From Sphyrna mokarran (taxonomy: Eukaryota), in the NCBI GenBank assembly GCA_024679065.1, contig JAGIQG010000002.1, forward strand, positions 123,256,001 through 123,320,000: a stretch of DNA of 64,000 nt. Reading direction: 5' to 3'. This document shows, piece by piece, positions 52,075 to 64,000 of this stretch; position 1 is the first letter of the stretch, and the number at the start of each line of letters is the position of its first letter. Made by a program: the position numbers and the translations under genes. The notes beneath the pieces were generated by a model. The model ran no database searches, was not told the origin of the DNA, and saw only the letters and a program-made list of their open reading frames with translations.

Positions 52075-54890
52075 TTGTGTCATCCTCATCACTTGCCTGC
52101 CCATTTACTTTTGTCTCATCCATAAGCTTGGCAATAATATATTCACTTCCTTCATCCAAGTCATTGATATTGTAAAAAAATTGTAATCCTAGTGCTAATC
52201 CCTGTGACACTTCACGAGTTGTAATCTCTCTGTCTTTTATCAATTAACCAATCCTCTAACACCATGGACTCCTACTAAGTACAAAAGAACAAAACAGCAT
52301 GGGAAACAGGTCCTTCACCCCAACGAGCCTGCGCCGCCACCCCGATGTTCCCACCTCTACCCGCGATCCCTGTCCATGTTTATAGATCTATGGATTAAAA
52401 ACCAAATTTGAGACAAGTTAGGGAGAATTTTTTTTGCCAATTAGCCTAAGAGCACATCTTTGGGATGTGGGAGGAAACCGGAACACCCGGAGAAAACCCA
52501 CGCAAGCACGGGGAGAATGCGCAAACTCCCACAGACGCAGGCCCTAATCCATGTATCTGCACAGCACAGCGATAGTCACTGAGCTGTTGTGTTGCCCATC
52601 AAATGGTCCAGGTCAAGCGTACACTAACAACGTGAAGCACGAGGATACTCTCGAAAAAAAAATCCAAGAGCAGCCCTCTCACGACCCATCGCGTGTATGC
52701 CCCTTGTTAGACAAGGTGGACCAAAGCACCTGTAGGATAAAAACAAGCACATCAATATCATCATCTATTTACACACTTCCCAGGGACTCCCAAGGCTCAT
52801 GATCCCTATTTTAAATCAGTTTTCTACATTCCTCCATTCCCATTCTGTTCATGTGCCCATCTAAGTATTTCTTAAATAACTCCAGAGTACCTGCCTCCAC
52901 CACTTTACTTGGCAGCGCATTCCATACCCCCAACACCCTCTGTGTGAAAAAACTCCCTCTAGCATCCAAATTATACCTTACCCCCCTCACGCTGAGCCTG
53001 TGACCCCTCGTGCTATTCGAGTCCATCCTAGGAAAAAGCTTAACCCTGTTTATCTATACCCCTTGTAATCTTGTACACCTCTATTAGATCTCCTCTAAGT
53101 CTACGTCTTTCTAAGGAAAACGGTCCCAATTTGCCTAACCTCTCCTCATAACTCAGACCTTCCATACCAGGCAGAATCCTGGTAAATCTCCTCTGCACTC
53201 TCTCCAGAGTCTCCATGTCCTTCCGGTAGTACGGCGACTAGAACTAGACACAGTATTCCAAATGAGGTCTAACCAACTAACCAACATTGTAAGAATTTCA
53301 ACATTAAAGGCCAGCTCTTGTACTCTATACCCCTTCCTATAAAGACTAGCATACCATATGCTTTCTTCACAACCTTCTCCACTTGCTCTGCCACCTTCAG
53401 AGATTTGTTCACCTGCACCCCAGGTCCCTCTGCATTTCTATACTCTTAATAGGTCTACCCTTTATCATATACCTCCCCCCTACATTCTTTCTCCTGAAAT
53501 GCATCACCTCACATTTATCAGAATTGAATTCCATCTGCCATCTGTCTGCCCAAGCTACCAGCCTATCTATGTCCTGCTGCATTGCCTGACAATGCTCCTC
53601 ACTATCCGCAAGTTCAGCCATCTTTGTATCTTCTGCAAACTTGCTGATCACTCCACTTACTCCCTCTTCCAAGTCATTTATATATATTACAAATAGAAGA
53701 GGTCCCAGTACCGAGCCTTGCGGCACACCACTAGTGACCAGCCTCCAGCTAGAAAAACACCGTTCCACTATTACTGTCTGTCTCCTATTACCAAGCCAGT
53801 TACTTATCCATCTAGCTACAGACTATTGTGCAGTATTTTATGGAATGCCTTTTTGGAAATCCAACACCTACTGGTTCTCTTTTGTCTATCTTACTCATTA
53901 CCACTTCAATTCTAATAAAATTATCCGGCATAATATTCCTTTCATGAAGCCATGCAGACTTCGATTATATTGTGTATTTCTAAATGCTTTATTGGAATGT
54001 CATTTATAATGGACTCAATCATTTTCCCAATAGTATATGTTAACATAACCAATCCATAGTTACCTAATTTTTGTGTCCCTCCCTTTTTTGAATAATAGTA
54101 TTACATTGGCAGTTTTGCAATTCTTTGGAACCTTTCCAGAATTTAAGAATCCTTGAAAGATTACTATCTATGCACTACCACTGCATTCACCATCTCTAAA
54201 GTTACTTATTTTAATATCCTGGGATACAATCCATCAGGTGTAGAGGATTTATCCACCTTTAGCACCATTTGTTTTTTTGACATTTTTCTTTAATGAAAGC
54301 TATTGTATTTATTTTCTAACCCCCCTCCCTTGTGTCCTTTGATTATTTAGTATTTTTGGAAAGTTATTAGTGTCTTTCACTGTGAAGACTGATGTACTTG
54401 TTTAACTCCTCTGCCATTTTCTGGTTCCCATTATTATTTCTCCAGTCTCATTCTCTAAGGGGCCTATATTCATTTTGGCCTTTTTTTTAATACATTTAGA
54501 GAAGCTCTTGATGTCCATTTTTAATTTGCTTGCTAGTTTAACTTCATAGGTTATCTTCTCCCTCTTTGTTTATCTTTTGGTCATCTTTTGTTGGTTTTAA
54601 AACTTTCCCGATCCTCTGGCTTACCATTAATGTGCAATACATTTTTTTTCAGTTTAATGCTATTCTTAACTTCCTTGGTTTACCATAGTTGATTTATCCT
54701 TCTTCACTGGGATATATCTTTGTTGTGAGTCATGAACTATTTTCATAAAAGCCACTTTTGCTGATCAGCTATCTTTTCTGCTAAACTTCTTTCCCAGTCC
54801 ATTCCAGCCAACGCTGCCCTTGTTTAAGTTTAGCACAGTTGTTTCTGACCCAGGTTTCTTACTGTCAAACTGAATGCTATATTCTGTGCC
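52075..54890 (-). mobile_element. Older CR1 remnant hosting copy C
   Basis: ORF 52040-52243 (YNINDLDEG...MDETKV) continues at 53820-54890. Confidence 0.8.
52281..53815 (-). mobile_element. CR1 3' fragment with extended SINE-containing 3' UTR (copy C)
   Basis: ORFs 53409-53768 and 52811-53026; UTR close to copy A. Confidence 0.93.
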
Positions 54891-55499
54891 GGCATAGATC
54901 AGCTATGATTGTATTGAATGGTGGGGCAGGCTTGAAAAGCCTGGTGGCCTCCTGCTGCTGTTTTTTGTGTTCTTATATACAGTATTGCTACTGTGCTTTG
55001 TGAGGGAGAGAGGTATGGACTACTCTCACCAGTGCCTTCTTCCTCTTGTTATATCTTACTTCCACCCATATGAATTCCACATCAGTGGTTGTCAGCCTGT
55101 GGCCCGGGGTCATATGCAGCACACAAGACATTTGGTTGACTGTTGCTGATGCACAGAATTGTCATACTCTGCTGATTTCCATTTGTGTAGCTTTGTTCCT
55201 ATTGAAGGGATACATAGAGCAAGGGCACCATGAAAGCCATGTGCTCCCTCTATATCCAGTCAAGCATAAATTTTTATTTTGTTTTTCCACTTAAACTTGA
55301 TGACAATTCTATTAACATATAAATTATTGAGATTTTTCTACAACTTGTTCTAAAATATTTGGTGTGTATTAAATGTATTTAACCTTATTGAAGAGTTGTA
55401 TTCTGAAGATTCCCAATTTCAATCTCATGAGATGATGGAGGGCCACTCCTGCAACCCACTCTCTGGCCTAGGCTGCCGATCACTTCTATATCTTCTGAT

Positions 55500-56160
55500 C
55501 CAAGCTGGTTTCTTGCAATCATACTTATTCCATCTCATACTAACAAAGCTACCTCACCATTCTTTCCTTCCTGCCAGTCCTTACGAAAAGTCACATACCC
55601 TTGAATTTTAAGTTCCCAGGTTTGATCACCTTGTAATCATGTCCGTATAATGGCTACAAGATCATAGTTACCTTAATTTGTGCTGTTAATGCATTTATTT
55701 TGTGCTGAATACCTACTACATGTATTTAAGTAAATAGCCATTAATTTTGCCTTGTTATCCTCTTTCCTTTTTTTGACCCTATTTGCAGCTGTTTTTATAT
55801 TCGTACGCTCTGTCCCTTCCTGTCACACTCTGGATATCATTACCTAAATATCTATCTTGTAATGCTGCAATAATCTTTTGCTTTGTAAGCTACATACCCC
55901 CCTTACAGAACACTCTCTGTGCTTTAGTTATCCTCTCCTGTCCCTGACCACTTTCCAAACCAGAAGATTCTATCCGAAGTGATGTGACTGCATCCTGAAA
56001 CCCAAGTGTCCAGATAACTCTCTCCCTTTCTGATGAGTTGCAGTATCTTCAGCTTAGTCTTCAGCATAATGACTCTGAGCTGAACATCCTCCAGCTGCAG
56101 ACACTTCTTGCCCTGGATAAGATAAGTGTCCATGAGCTTCCACATGTTGGAGCTTGGAAT
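55500..56160 (-). mobile_element. CR1 5' remnant (ORF1/ORF2 start)
   Basis: MWKLMDT...KKCLQLEDVQLRV, CR1 ORF1 zinc-finger/coiled-coil region. Confidence 0.65.
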
Positions 56161-56542
56161 AATTCATGGATAACCCCTCCTAAGTAGAGCTGACATGATA
56201 AGATGGATTCAATGCCCATGAATTCTCAATCCATGGGAAGAAATGTGCTGTCATTTATATTGTATTTTACCTCTCAACGGTTTACGGAGCTTAAGATTTA
56301 ATTTTTCGTCTTGATAACCCAGAAAGTTTTCGAAATCTAGACCATGTCATCACTGTAAATAGAAAGCAAAATTCATTAATTAATGTGTTTGATGAGGCAG
56401 CAAATCATTAGCACCTGGCCTGATTAGATTGTTGTGTTTTAAGGCTGATTTCATGATTGATATGGCAAAGACCTGGTTTCTTAAAGAGATGTCACTATTG
56501 GAGAATTTGCCAGTGTTATAGTTAAACTCTAAATCTTACGTA

Positions 56543-56775
56543 GGGTGGAATTCTCCAAACTTGCTCTTGGTTGGGATCCTTCAGTCCCATTGCAGTGAAT
56601 GGAGATTTGCCTGAGTGCCAAATTCTCTTTCTTGCTGCAGAGGTAGCATGATGTGCGCAACTGGAGAATTCTAGCCATAGGGCAGGATTCTCCAGCTACG
56701 CTCGTCCTAAGACTGGAAAATCCCACCTTTTGCATGGTCCATGTCCCCTGGCAAGCAGGATGGTAAATTCTGCCC
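56543..56775. mobile_element. Short Harbinger-like MITE
   Basis: TIRs GGGTGGAATT / AATTCTGCCC; 3-bp TSD GTA on both sides. Confidence 0.8.
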
Positions 56776-59339
56776 GTAATCTCTAAATGTTCTAACCTAA
56801 GGTTCAAATAGAAAAAATAAATCAGTGGACCAAAAATTGTAATGGAGAAGGATGCGTATTGTCTATTTATCAACAATCAGTTTGATTATCCATTACCCTG
56901 TTGTTTTCACTTTCAGTTATCTGCCAGGAAAGGTTGAAAGATGATAGAATATTGGCCTGGATTTTACCCTTGGGCGGCGGTGGGGGCATAGGGGGTCCCA
57001 AAGCCCATGCGGAAAAAGCGGATATAAAACCCATTCCCAACCAAGATCGCATTGTTCACACAACATTACACTGGCTAGGCAACTGAGGTTCATCTAGAAT
57101 GAAACGTGACTTCATGGCTGGTTGACTTCTCAATGTATGGGGTTGGGATTATGTTGGCGCTCAGTTCAATAGGAACCTGGCAGGGCCTTTAAAAATCAGC
57201 TCTCTGAAGGCTATCAGGAGTTGTTGGAGGAGGTTACAGGAGCTGTCTGAAACCATTAAAATGACTAGCCTGTCATCCAGCAATGGTCTCAGTTTCTGGT
57301 GGCCATGAGAGGCGGGAGGGTAAGTCAAGTGGGTACTTTGCCCCATTTCTCAGATGAGTGCCAGGCAGCAAATCATAATGCCCAGTGGCAAAAAGAGAAT
57401 CATAGAATCCTTACAACACAGAAGGAGGCTATTCGGCCCACTGAGCCAGCACCAACAACAATCCAACCCAGGCCTTATCTCATAACCATATGTATTTACG
57501 TTGCTAATCTCCTAACACTAAGGGTCAATTTAGCATGGCCAATCAACCTAACCTGCACATCTTTAGAGAGGGCCACCCCACTTGACCAAAAAGGCTTGGG
57601 GAGAGATCATCATCCAAGTCATTGGACACAAAGTGTTGCGTTGCTGAGGCTTTGTTGCCACAAGAAGTTCAGTGATCTTCTGCAGTCAGCAAGAGTACAT
57701 GCAGAGGTGGCATGGATCTATATGGAGAAGTATATTCAGGTGTGTTTTCTGCCAAAGCTGAGTTGGCCTCAGTGCAGGGTGAGTTGTGTCACTGTGACTA
57801 ACTGGGCATGGGGCAAGCTGCAATGCATTTTCAATGAGATGGAGCAACAATGAGTTTTTCTATTTATCCATTGTATCTTTCATTGGATTGCCCTACCAAT
57901 GGGATAGAGGAAATGTTGGATTGAGGTGTCTGGAATATTCAATGAATTATATCATTCTGCAACTTTGGTTTCATCTAGCAGTCACATGACTAATCTATGG
58001 GAGCACTCTCCCAATTTTATCACAAGTCCATGTTAACGAGGAGGATTTTGAAAGGTTTTCTGGAGCAGGATGTGTTTTTATCATGCCTCGGTTGATCCAT
58101 TTTTACTATTCAAAGAGATTTGGTATGAAAACTACATTGCTATGTGTTAGGTATCTTCTGTAGGCCTGATGGACAGCAATTTTCATTTGAATCCTGAAGG
58201 AGTATTTCAGGACTTAACTCTATTTCTGACTGTATATCATGGAATCATATAAGACTAGGGAAAATTGATAATAGGACATACTTGAAAGATTTTGTATCTG
58301 AATTATGCGTAGCATTCAGAATAAAATTAATGCGTTAACTGTGCAAAAAGAGACAAAGGAGTATGATTTGGTGGCAATTACTGAAAAATGGTTACAAGGA
58401 GACCAGGTCTGGGAGTTGAATATCTAAGGATACTTGGTCTTTCAGAAGGATAGATAGGAAAGAAAAGCAGTTGGGTAGCTTTGATAGTAAAAGAAGTGGG
58501 AAATGATATTGGCACTGGAAGTGGACAGAAATAAGTCCCTGGTGGGAGTAATCTATAGTTTCCTAATAGTAGTTCCACAGTAAGACAGTATAAACCAATA
58601 AATAATCAGGGCTTGTAGGAAAGGTATGACAATAATCATGGTTAATTTAATACATATTTGAATGAGATTAATCAAATTGGTAAGGGTGGCTTTGAAAGAC
58701 AGTTCATAGCGTATTCGAGATTGTTTCTTGGAACAATATGTTCTTCAACCACTCAAGGAGCAAGCTGTTCTGGATTTGGTTATTGTATAATCAGATGGGA
58801 TTAATTAATAATCTTGTCATAAATACTTTAGGAAGCATGATTATAGAATCCCACAGTACAGAAGGAGGTCATTTGGCTCATCAAGTCTGTACTCATCACA
58901 ATCTCACTCAGGCCCTATTTCCATAATCCTCAATGACATGGGGAAAAATTATTTCCACCAGCCATTGGCCTTCTTCCCACCCCTCACACACAGTCATCCT
59001 CCCCACCCCTTGCACACACTCTCTCTTCCCTCTACCTCACTCCCTCACACTTGCTTCCCGTTCCCCCCACCCCGCTTACTAATGGTGAAATGGGAAATTT
59101 TGAGGTGCAGGAGCTCTAAGAAAATGTGGTGGCCAAATCATTTCTCATTGTTCTATTACATCATTTTCCTCTGTATTTATCATTAAAATCTCCAAAGAAT
59201 AGTAAAATTATGTTTTTAAGGTGAAAAATGTTGGACCAATTGGTATTTTATTCCAAACCATGTATCACTGCTCTTTAGCATAGCTAGAAATTCATTATGC
59301 AACAGTTTAAATATGTAATTAAAGCTTATTAAAAATGAA

Positions 59340-59796
59340 TTATAGAACTTACACAGGTAGACCAAATGGATGTCTGTTGGGGGAGGAGTGGAGTAGGGAG
59401 GGTCTGCTGCTACTCTGCAGGCAGTCAGTGGTGGGGAAAGGGGGCAGAGGGTCACAATCAGTGGTGGGGAAAGGGGAGGGATGGATAAGGGGGAACAATT
59501 ATGTTGTGGGGGTGGGACAATGTCTATGGTGGCCATCACTCCCACTTTTTGCTCCCAGGCAATTTTATCTGCTTCTTGCAGCCTGGGAGTGACATGACTG
59601 GAGCGCGTTTTTCAAATTTTTTCTCACTGCACATGCAGCAGTGCTTCAGGCGCAATAAGACCCAACCACAGCACGATTCAGACTCAATTTTTTTTTCAGG
59701 TTAACTGCATATAGGGGTCCCTAGGAACAGTTTTCCAAGTCAGTTCTGCATTGTGTCTAGATTCAGTACTTAGAATCAAATGGTAAAATCAGGCCC
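59340..59796. mobile_element. Partial third copy of the Harbinger-like family of 50729-52073
   Basis: Aligns by eye to 51620-52073; ends AATGGTAAAATCAGGCCC. Confidence 0.8.
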
Positions 59797-60020
59797 GTTG
59801 TCTACACTTCCTGCTGCCTCAGCAAAGCAGCCAGTATAATCAAAGACTCCACACAACCCAGACATACTCTCTTTCATCTTCTTCCATTGGAATAAAGATA
59901 CAAAAGTCTGAGATCACTGAGCAACCAACTCAAAAACAGCTTCATCCTTTTCAATGGACCTACCTTAGATTGATCTTTGTCTATACCCAGCTATGACTGT
60001 AACACTATATTCTGCACTCA
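59797..60020 (+). mobile_element. Rex1/Babar LINE 3' end
   Basis: CLSKAASIIKDSTQPRHTLFHLLPLE*RYKSLRSLSNQLKNSF. Confidence 0.75.
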
Positions 60021-60938
60021 CTACAAATCCCCAGAGCCTGATGGCCTACATCCTATTGTCTTAAACAAAGCAGAGATAGTGGAGGCATTGATTATAAAAT
60101 GTAAATGTAACACCCCGTTCAAAAAAAGAGAAATTTAGAAAGTGGGAAACTCTAGACCAGTTAGTTTAACATCTGTCATTGGGAGTTTGTTGGATTTATT
60201 ATTAAGGAAGTAGTAACGGGACTCCTGGAAAGTCTAAACGCATCAGCATCAGCATGGTTTTATGAAGGGTAGATCACGTTTGACTAATTTGCTAGAGATC
60301 TTTGAGGATGTAACAAGCAAAGTGGGTAATGGATGTCCAATAGATGGACTTCCAGAAGGCATTTGATAAGGTGCCCCACAGAGGATAAAATTCATAGGGG
60401 TTGGGAGTAATATAACATGGATAAGTGTGAGGTTACCTATTTTGGGCGAAGGAATTAAATGGCAAGTTAATTATCTAAATGGAGAGAAACTTCAAAATAA
60501 TTTGATGCAAATGATCTGACGGTTCTCATGCACGAATCGCAGAAAATTAGCATGTAAGGAGAGCGAACAGAATTTTGGCATCCATTGCTAATAGAATGGA
60601 GTATAAAAGTAGGGAGTTACTGTTGCCACTATATAGGGCATTCAGGACACTGCATCAAGAGTACAATGCACATTTCTGATCTCTTTACTTGAGGAAGGAT
60701 GTAAATGCATTAGAGGTGGTTCAAAGAAAGTTCACTGGATTGATTTCAGGGATGAAGAACATGTCTTGTGAAGAGAGATTGAACAGTTTAGACCGATATA
60801 TGCTGGAGTTTAGAAGTATAGGAGGAGATCTGATTAAGGTATATAAGATGCTAAAAGGGATTGACAAGGTAGATGTAGAGCGATGTTTTCCATTGTTGGA
60901 CATTTTAGATTAAGAGGCCATAGTTTTAGGCTAAGAAG

Positions 60939-63900
60939 CAGGGGCAGACTTACATTTTTAGGGGCCATACAGTCTTTCTCTTTGCAGGGCCCTCCATGAC
61001 ATCACATTCCATCTCTTTGTGACATGGTATCCCATTCACCAGTGACATCAAGTCCCAGCTGAAATTACATCAAACCCTATCCCAAATGCACTCAAACCTG
61101 ATCCCCAATAATGTCAATGCCCTCCTGACCCCACCCACCCTCAGCTCACACAATAGAAGTTGCAAAAAGACAGAAAAATACACAAATTACTGATTAACGG
61201 CTTTAGTGGTTTTTAATTTATGAAAACAAACCTACTTTTGATGAATTGAGACCACAACGATAATTGATTAATTGAAATACACAATCCATACCACAAAAAC
61301 ACCAAAAAACACAAATCACTGCTTAGCTGCTTAGTGCTTTTGAACACTTATATGAGAATAAGATTGTATTTGATTAATTGAAATCCACAATACAAGCTAC
61401 AAAAACCCCAAAATGCACAAATCATTGCTTTAGTGTTTTTAACTTATTGAAACAAGTCTATAATGGATGAATTGAGATCCATAATGCAAGTTAAAAATCC
61501 CCAAAAAGTACACATATCTCTGCTTAATTACTTCAGTGCTTTTTCACTTATAAAAACAATTGACAAATTGAAATCCAGGCCTGCCTGCTGTCAGCATGAT
61601 GGTAGAGATGGTCAATATTGTGATGTGTGTGCCTTGAAGTGAGCAAATATGGAACTGGCTGATGAGCAATGGGATAGAGAAATCAGCCAATGATATGACC
61701 TTAGCATGGCGTAGCCAAGAGCAAGATAGAATGGGTCAGAAAATGTCCAATGCTGGAAAAAATACTCTGGTGAAGTGGAGTGCCCAGTCCAAGTCTCATA
61801 TCAGTGGCTTTGCTGGCAACTATCTGGCAGGATTCTGTTACTTGTCCAGAAGACACTTTTTAAAAGCTAGTATTATGAGTCTTTGAGAGGGATGGTGGTT
61901 AATCACCAGTTATAACTGTCTACATATGACCACCAACATTATATCAGACCAATAAATGTTCTCTTCTGAAGAACAGAAATTAGACTGGAGAACATGACTT
62001 ACAAAAACAAGTCTGCAATTGATGAATTGAAATCCAAGCCTAACTGTTGTCAGCATGATGGGTAGGTTAGTGTTACGGTCTGTGGTTTCTTGAGATGTGA
62101 TATGGAGATGCTGGCATTGGACTGGGGTAAGCTTCTTGAGATGAGCAAACATAAAACTAGCCAATGAGCAATGAGAGAGAAATGAAGAACATGGTACAAA
62201 GACAAATTTTTGAAATTTTCTTGTTTTGTCAGTTGTTTGTAATCCATGGCAATTTAGATAGATTTTTCCTTCACTTTTTCTTCACAAAATTAGGAATAAC
62301 ATTATGGTAGGTAACATTATGTGAAAATGCATTTTCAGTCATCAGTATTGCTGAACTTATCAGATGTTCCTGACTCATTGTATTTCACAGATAATTTTTC
62401 ACTCTCTTCAGTACACAGAATGTCCATTGGAAGCATTTTAAAAAACATTTTCAGAATGGTTTCCATATTTGAATGCAAACCATCAGGTAGTAGACTGTAC
62501 AAACCAGCTGCTGATATATATTGAAATGAATTAATTGTTTCACGTTATCTTAAAAGATTTGTGTTTGTATCCTCCTAATAAAATTCATTTTATCTCTTAC
62601 TGCAGTGGTTCTCAGCATTCACAGCCAAAACTGCCAAAATATGCAAAATAATTCACCAGTTTTCTTCAGAAATTCACTTCTGTAATTGCACCATTATTGT
62701 GTCACAAATAACATTGACAGTCTCAATGATGATCTTCTCTTTCACTTTTAAAATAATTTGTATGTCTTTAGTTTCTTCAAAAAAAAACTTTCTCTGTCTT
62801 CTCATCATCAGGGGAACCTGTATTCTTTGTTAATGTTATGCTTTGCTTCTGCTAAGATATAGTCACTTTGAACTCCCATGACAAAATTTCTAATTGAGGC
62901 TAACAATTATGACGTATTCAGTAAATGTTATATTAACATTTTCCAGCAATTTGCTGTTGCCATTAATTATTTGAAGTAAATGGTTCCACAAAGTAAAACT
63001 GCAATATCATACTTTTCAAATACTAAGGAATTTGCAGCAGCTTTCACACATAGTTTCTCTGAATTTGATGTGGCTAAGATTGATAAGCATTCCTTTATAT
63101 CGATGAAGTCCGGTTTCCAAGCCAAAACAGTATCTGCACAAGCGGATCACCTGGTGTCACAAATTATTTTGAACGTCAAATGTTTTCCATGTGCCTACTT
63201 CAAATATGATTACAGTATATTTCACCAATGTGTGAAAACTAAATAAAAGGCATATAATTTTTGAACAAAATCAGAAAAATGTACAGCTGGCTCACATGAT
63301 TCAGCTGCTACAATGAAGATTAAATTCAAGGTTCTCTTACTCAGGTCAGGGAATAAATTGCATACATAACAGTAGACTTCCTTAGAGGTTTCTGAGAAAA
63401 TCAACCAATTTTTCCTTTCTGTTATGCCATTTCTCTTCACCCTCAGAAAATAGGATTCATGAAGACTTCTAAACTGATTTCAGCTTTGAACCTCAAACTC
63501 TTTCCTCAAATTTTCAATATTATCAATGTTCCCTGATCAATACATTATAAAATATTCAATCGTACCCAGTAGAACAGATTTTGGCCATGAGGCAATATCT
63601 TCAGGTAGGCTTCTTCCTTCACCTCAACTGGAGAAGAATGAGCTTGAGCAGTATCTTTTGTTCCATTCACATTTCAGAGTCCAGTTCTTCAAGTTTTTCA
63701 GACAATGTATTGTCCCTAGAAATCGGCACATCAAAGCATCTTACACGTCACCAAAACGTTTGATGGATGTTGGGCAAGAGTTTTCAGCCCTGCTGCACGA
63801 TTGGAGTAGCGTAGCAGGGTGGGAAATATGAGCGAGAGGTGAAAAATAGGACTCATTCCCAATTTCTCGCCCCTTCTGATATTGACGGTGCTGCTCTGCT

Positions 63901-63960
63901 GGTATAATCAGCATCATGTCCAGGAAAGGCACAGAATGCTAGAGGCACTATTACACATGC
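60939..63960 (-). mobile_element. Second degenerate hAT transposon, related to 22320-25140
   Basis: Terminal CAGGGGCAGACT; subterminal repeats 61180-61580; ICDTR motif ~63150; TTF-type zinc finger RKNWLIFSETSKEVYCYVCNLF (63222-63440) joined by an internal deletion. Confidence 0.85.
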
Positions 63961-64000
63961 ATTCTGATCTCTCAGTACACTTTGCCCACAAGGTACCCTG

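Larger units (their letters stand above)
58290..60938 (+). mobile_element. Old CR1 ORF2 remnant with nested SINE tail, MITE and Rex1 fragments
   Basis: APE motifs 58300-58840; RT/3' motifs 60020-60938 (QHGFMKGRSRLTNLLE, RKDVNALEVVQRKFT). Confidence 0.8.

Noticed and set aside
56290-56410. Plus-strand FRLDNPESFRNL resembling a small-GTPase motif
   Set aside because: In-frame stop immediately upstream, no acceptor, no other GTPase motifs

Overview
Vertebrate genomic DNA dominated by transposons. The repeat content (CR1 LINEs, HE1/V-SINE-like tRNA SINEs, Penelope tails, Harbinger MITEs) suggests an elasmobranch (shark); this is an inference. Host gene: three spliceable minus-strand exons (20160-20202, 17728-18075, 6443-6703) encode a signal peptide, a Cys-less V-set Ig domain and a C2-set Ig domain, i.e. 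a CD2/SLAM/CEACAM/HEPACAM-like receptor whose 3' exons are probably left of the window. It starts at a CpG island (~20170-20600) that also appears to launch an unidentified divergent plus-strand transcript. The rest is mostly decayed mobile DNA: a Gmr1-type SCAN-gag Gypsy element and solo LTRs, many CR1 copies, L2/Rex1 fragments, two hAT transposons, and Harbinger elements and MITEs. The most unusual signal is a CR1 subfamily present in three copies. Its 3' UTR carries a conserved splice acceptor, a ~115-nt base-paired RNA domain and a captured V-SINE, and one copy is bounded as a single unit by a 6-bp target-site duplication (TSD). A Penelope-type minimal hammerhead ribozyme is also present. 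All calls were made by eye, and repeat boundaries are approximate.
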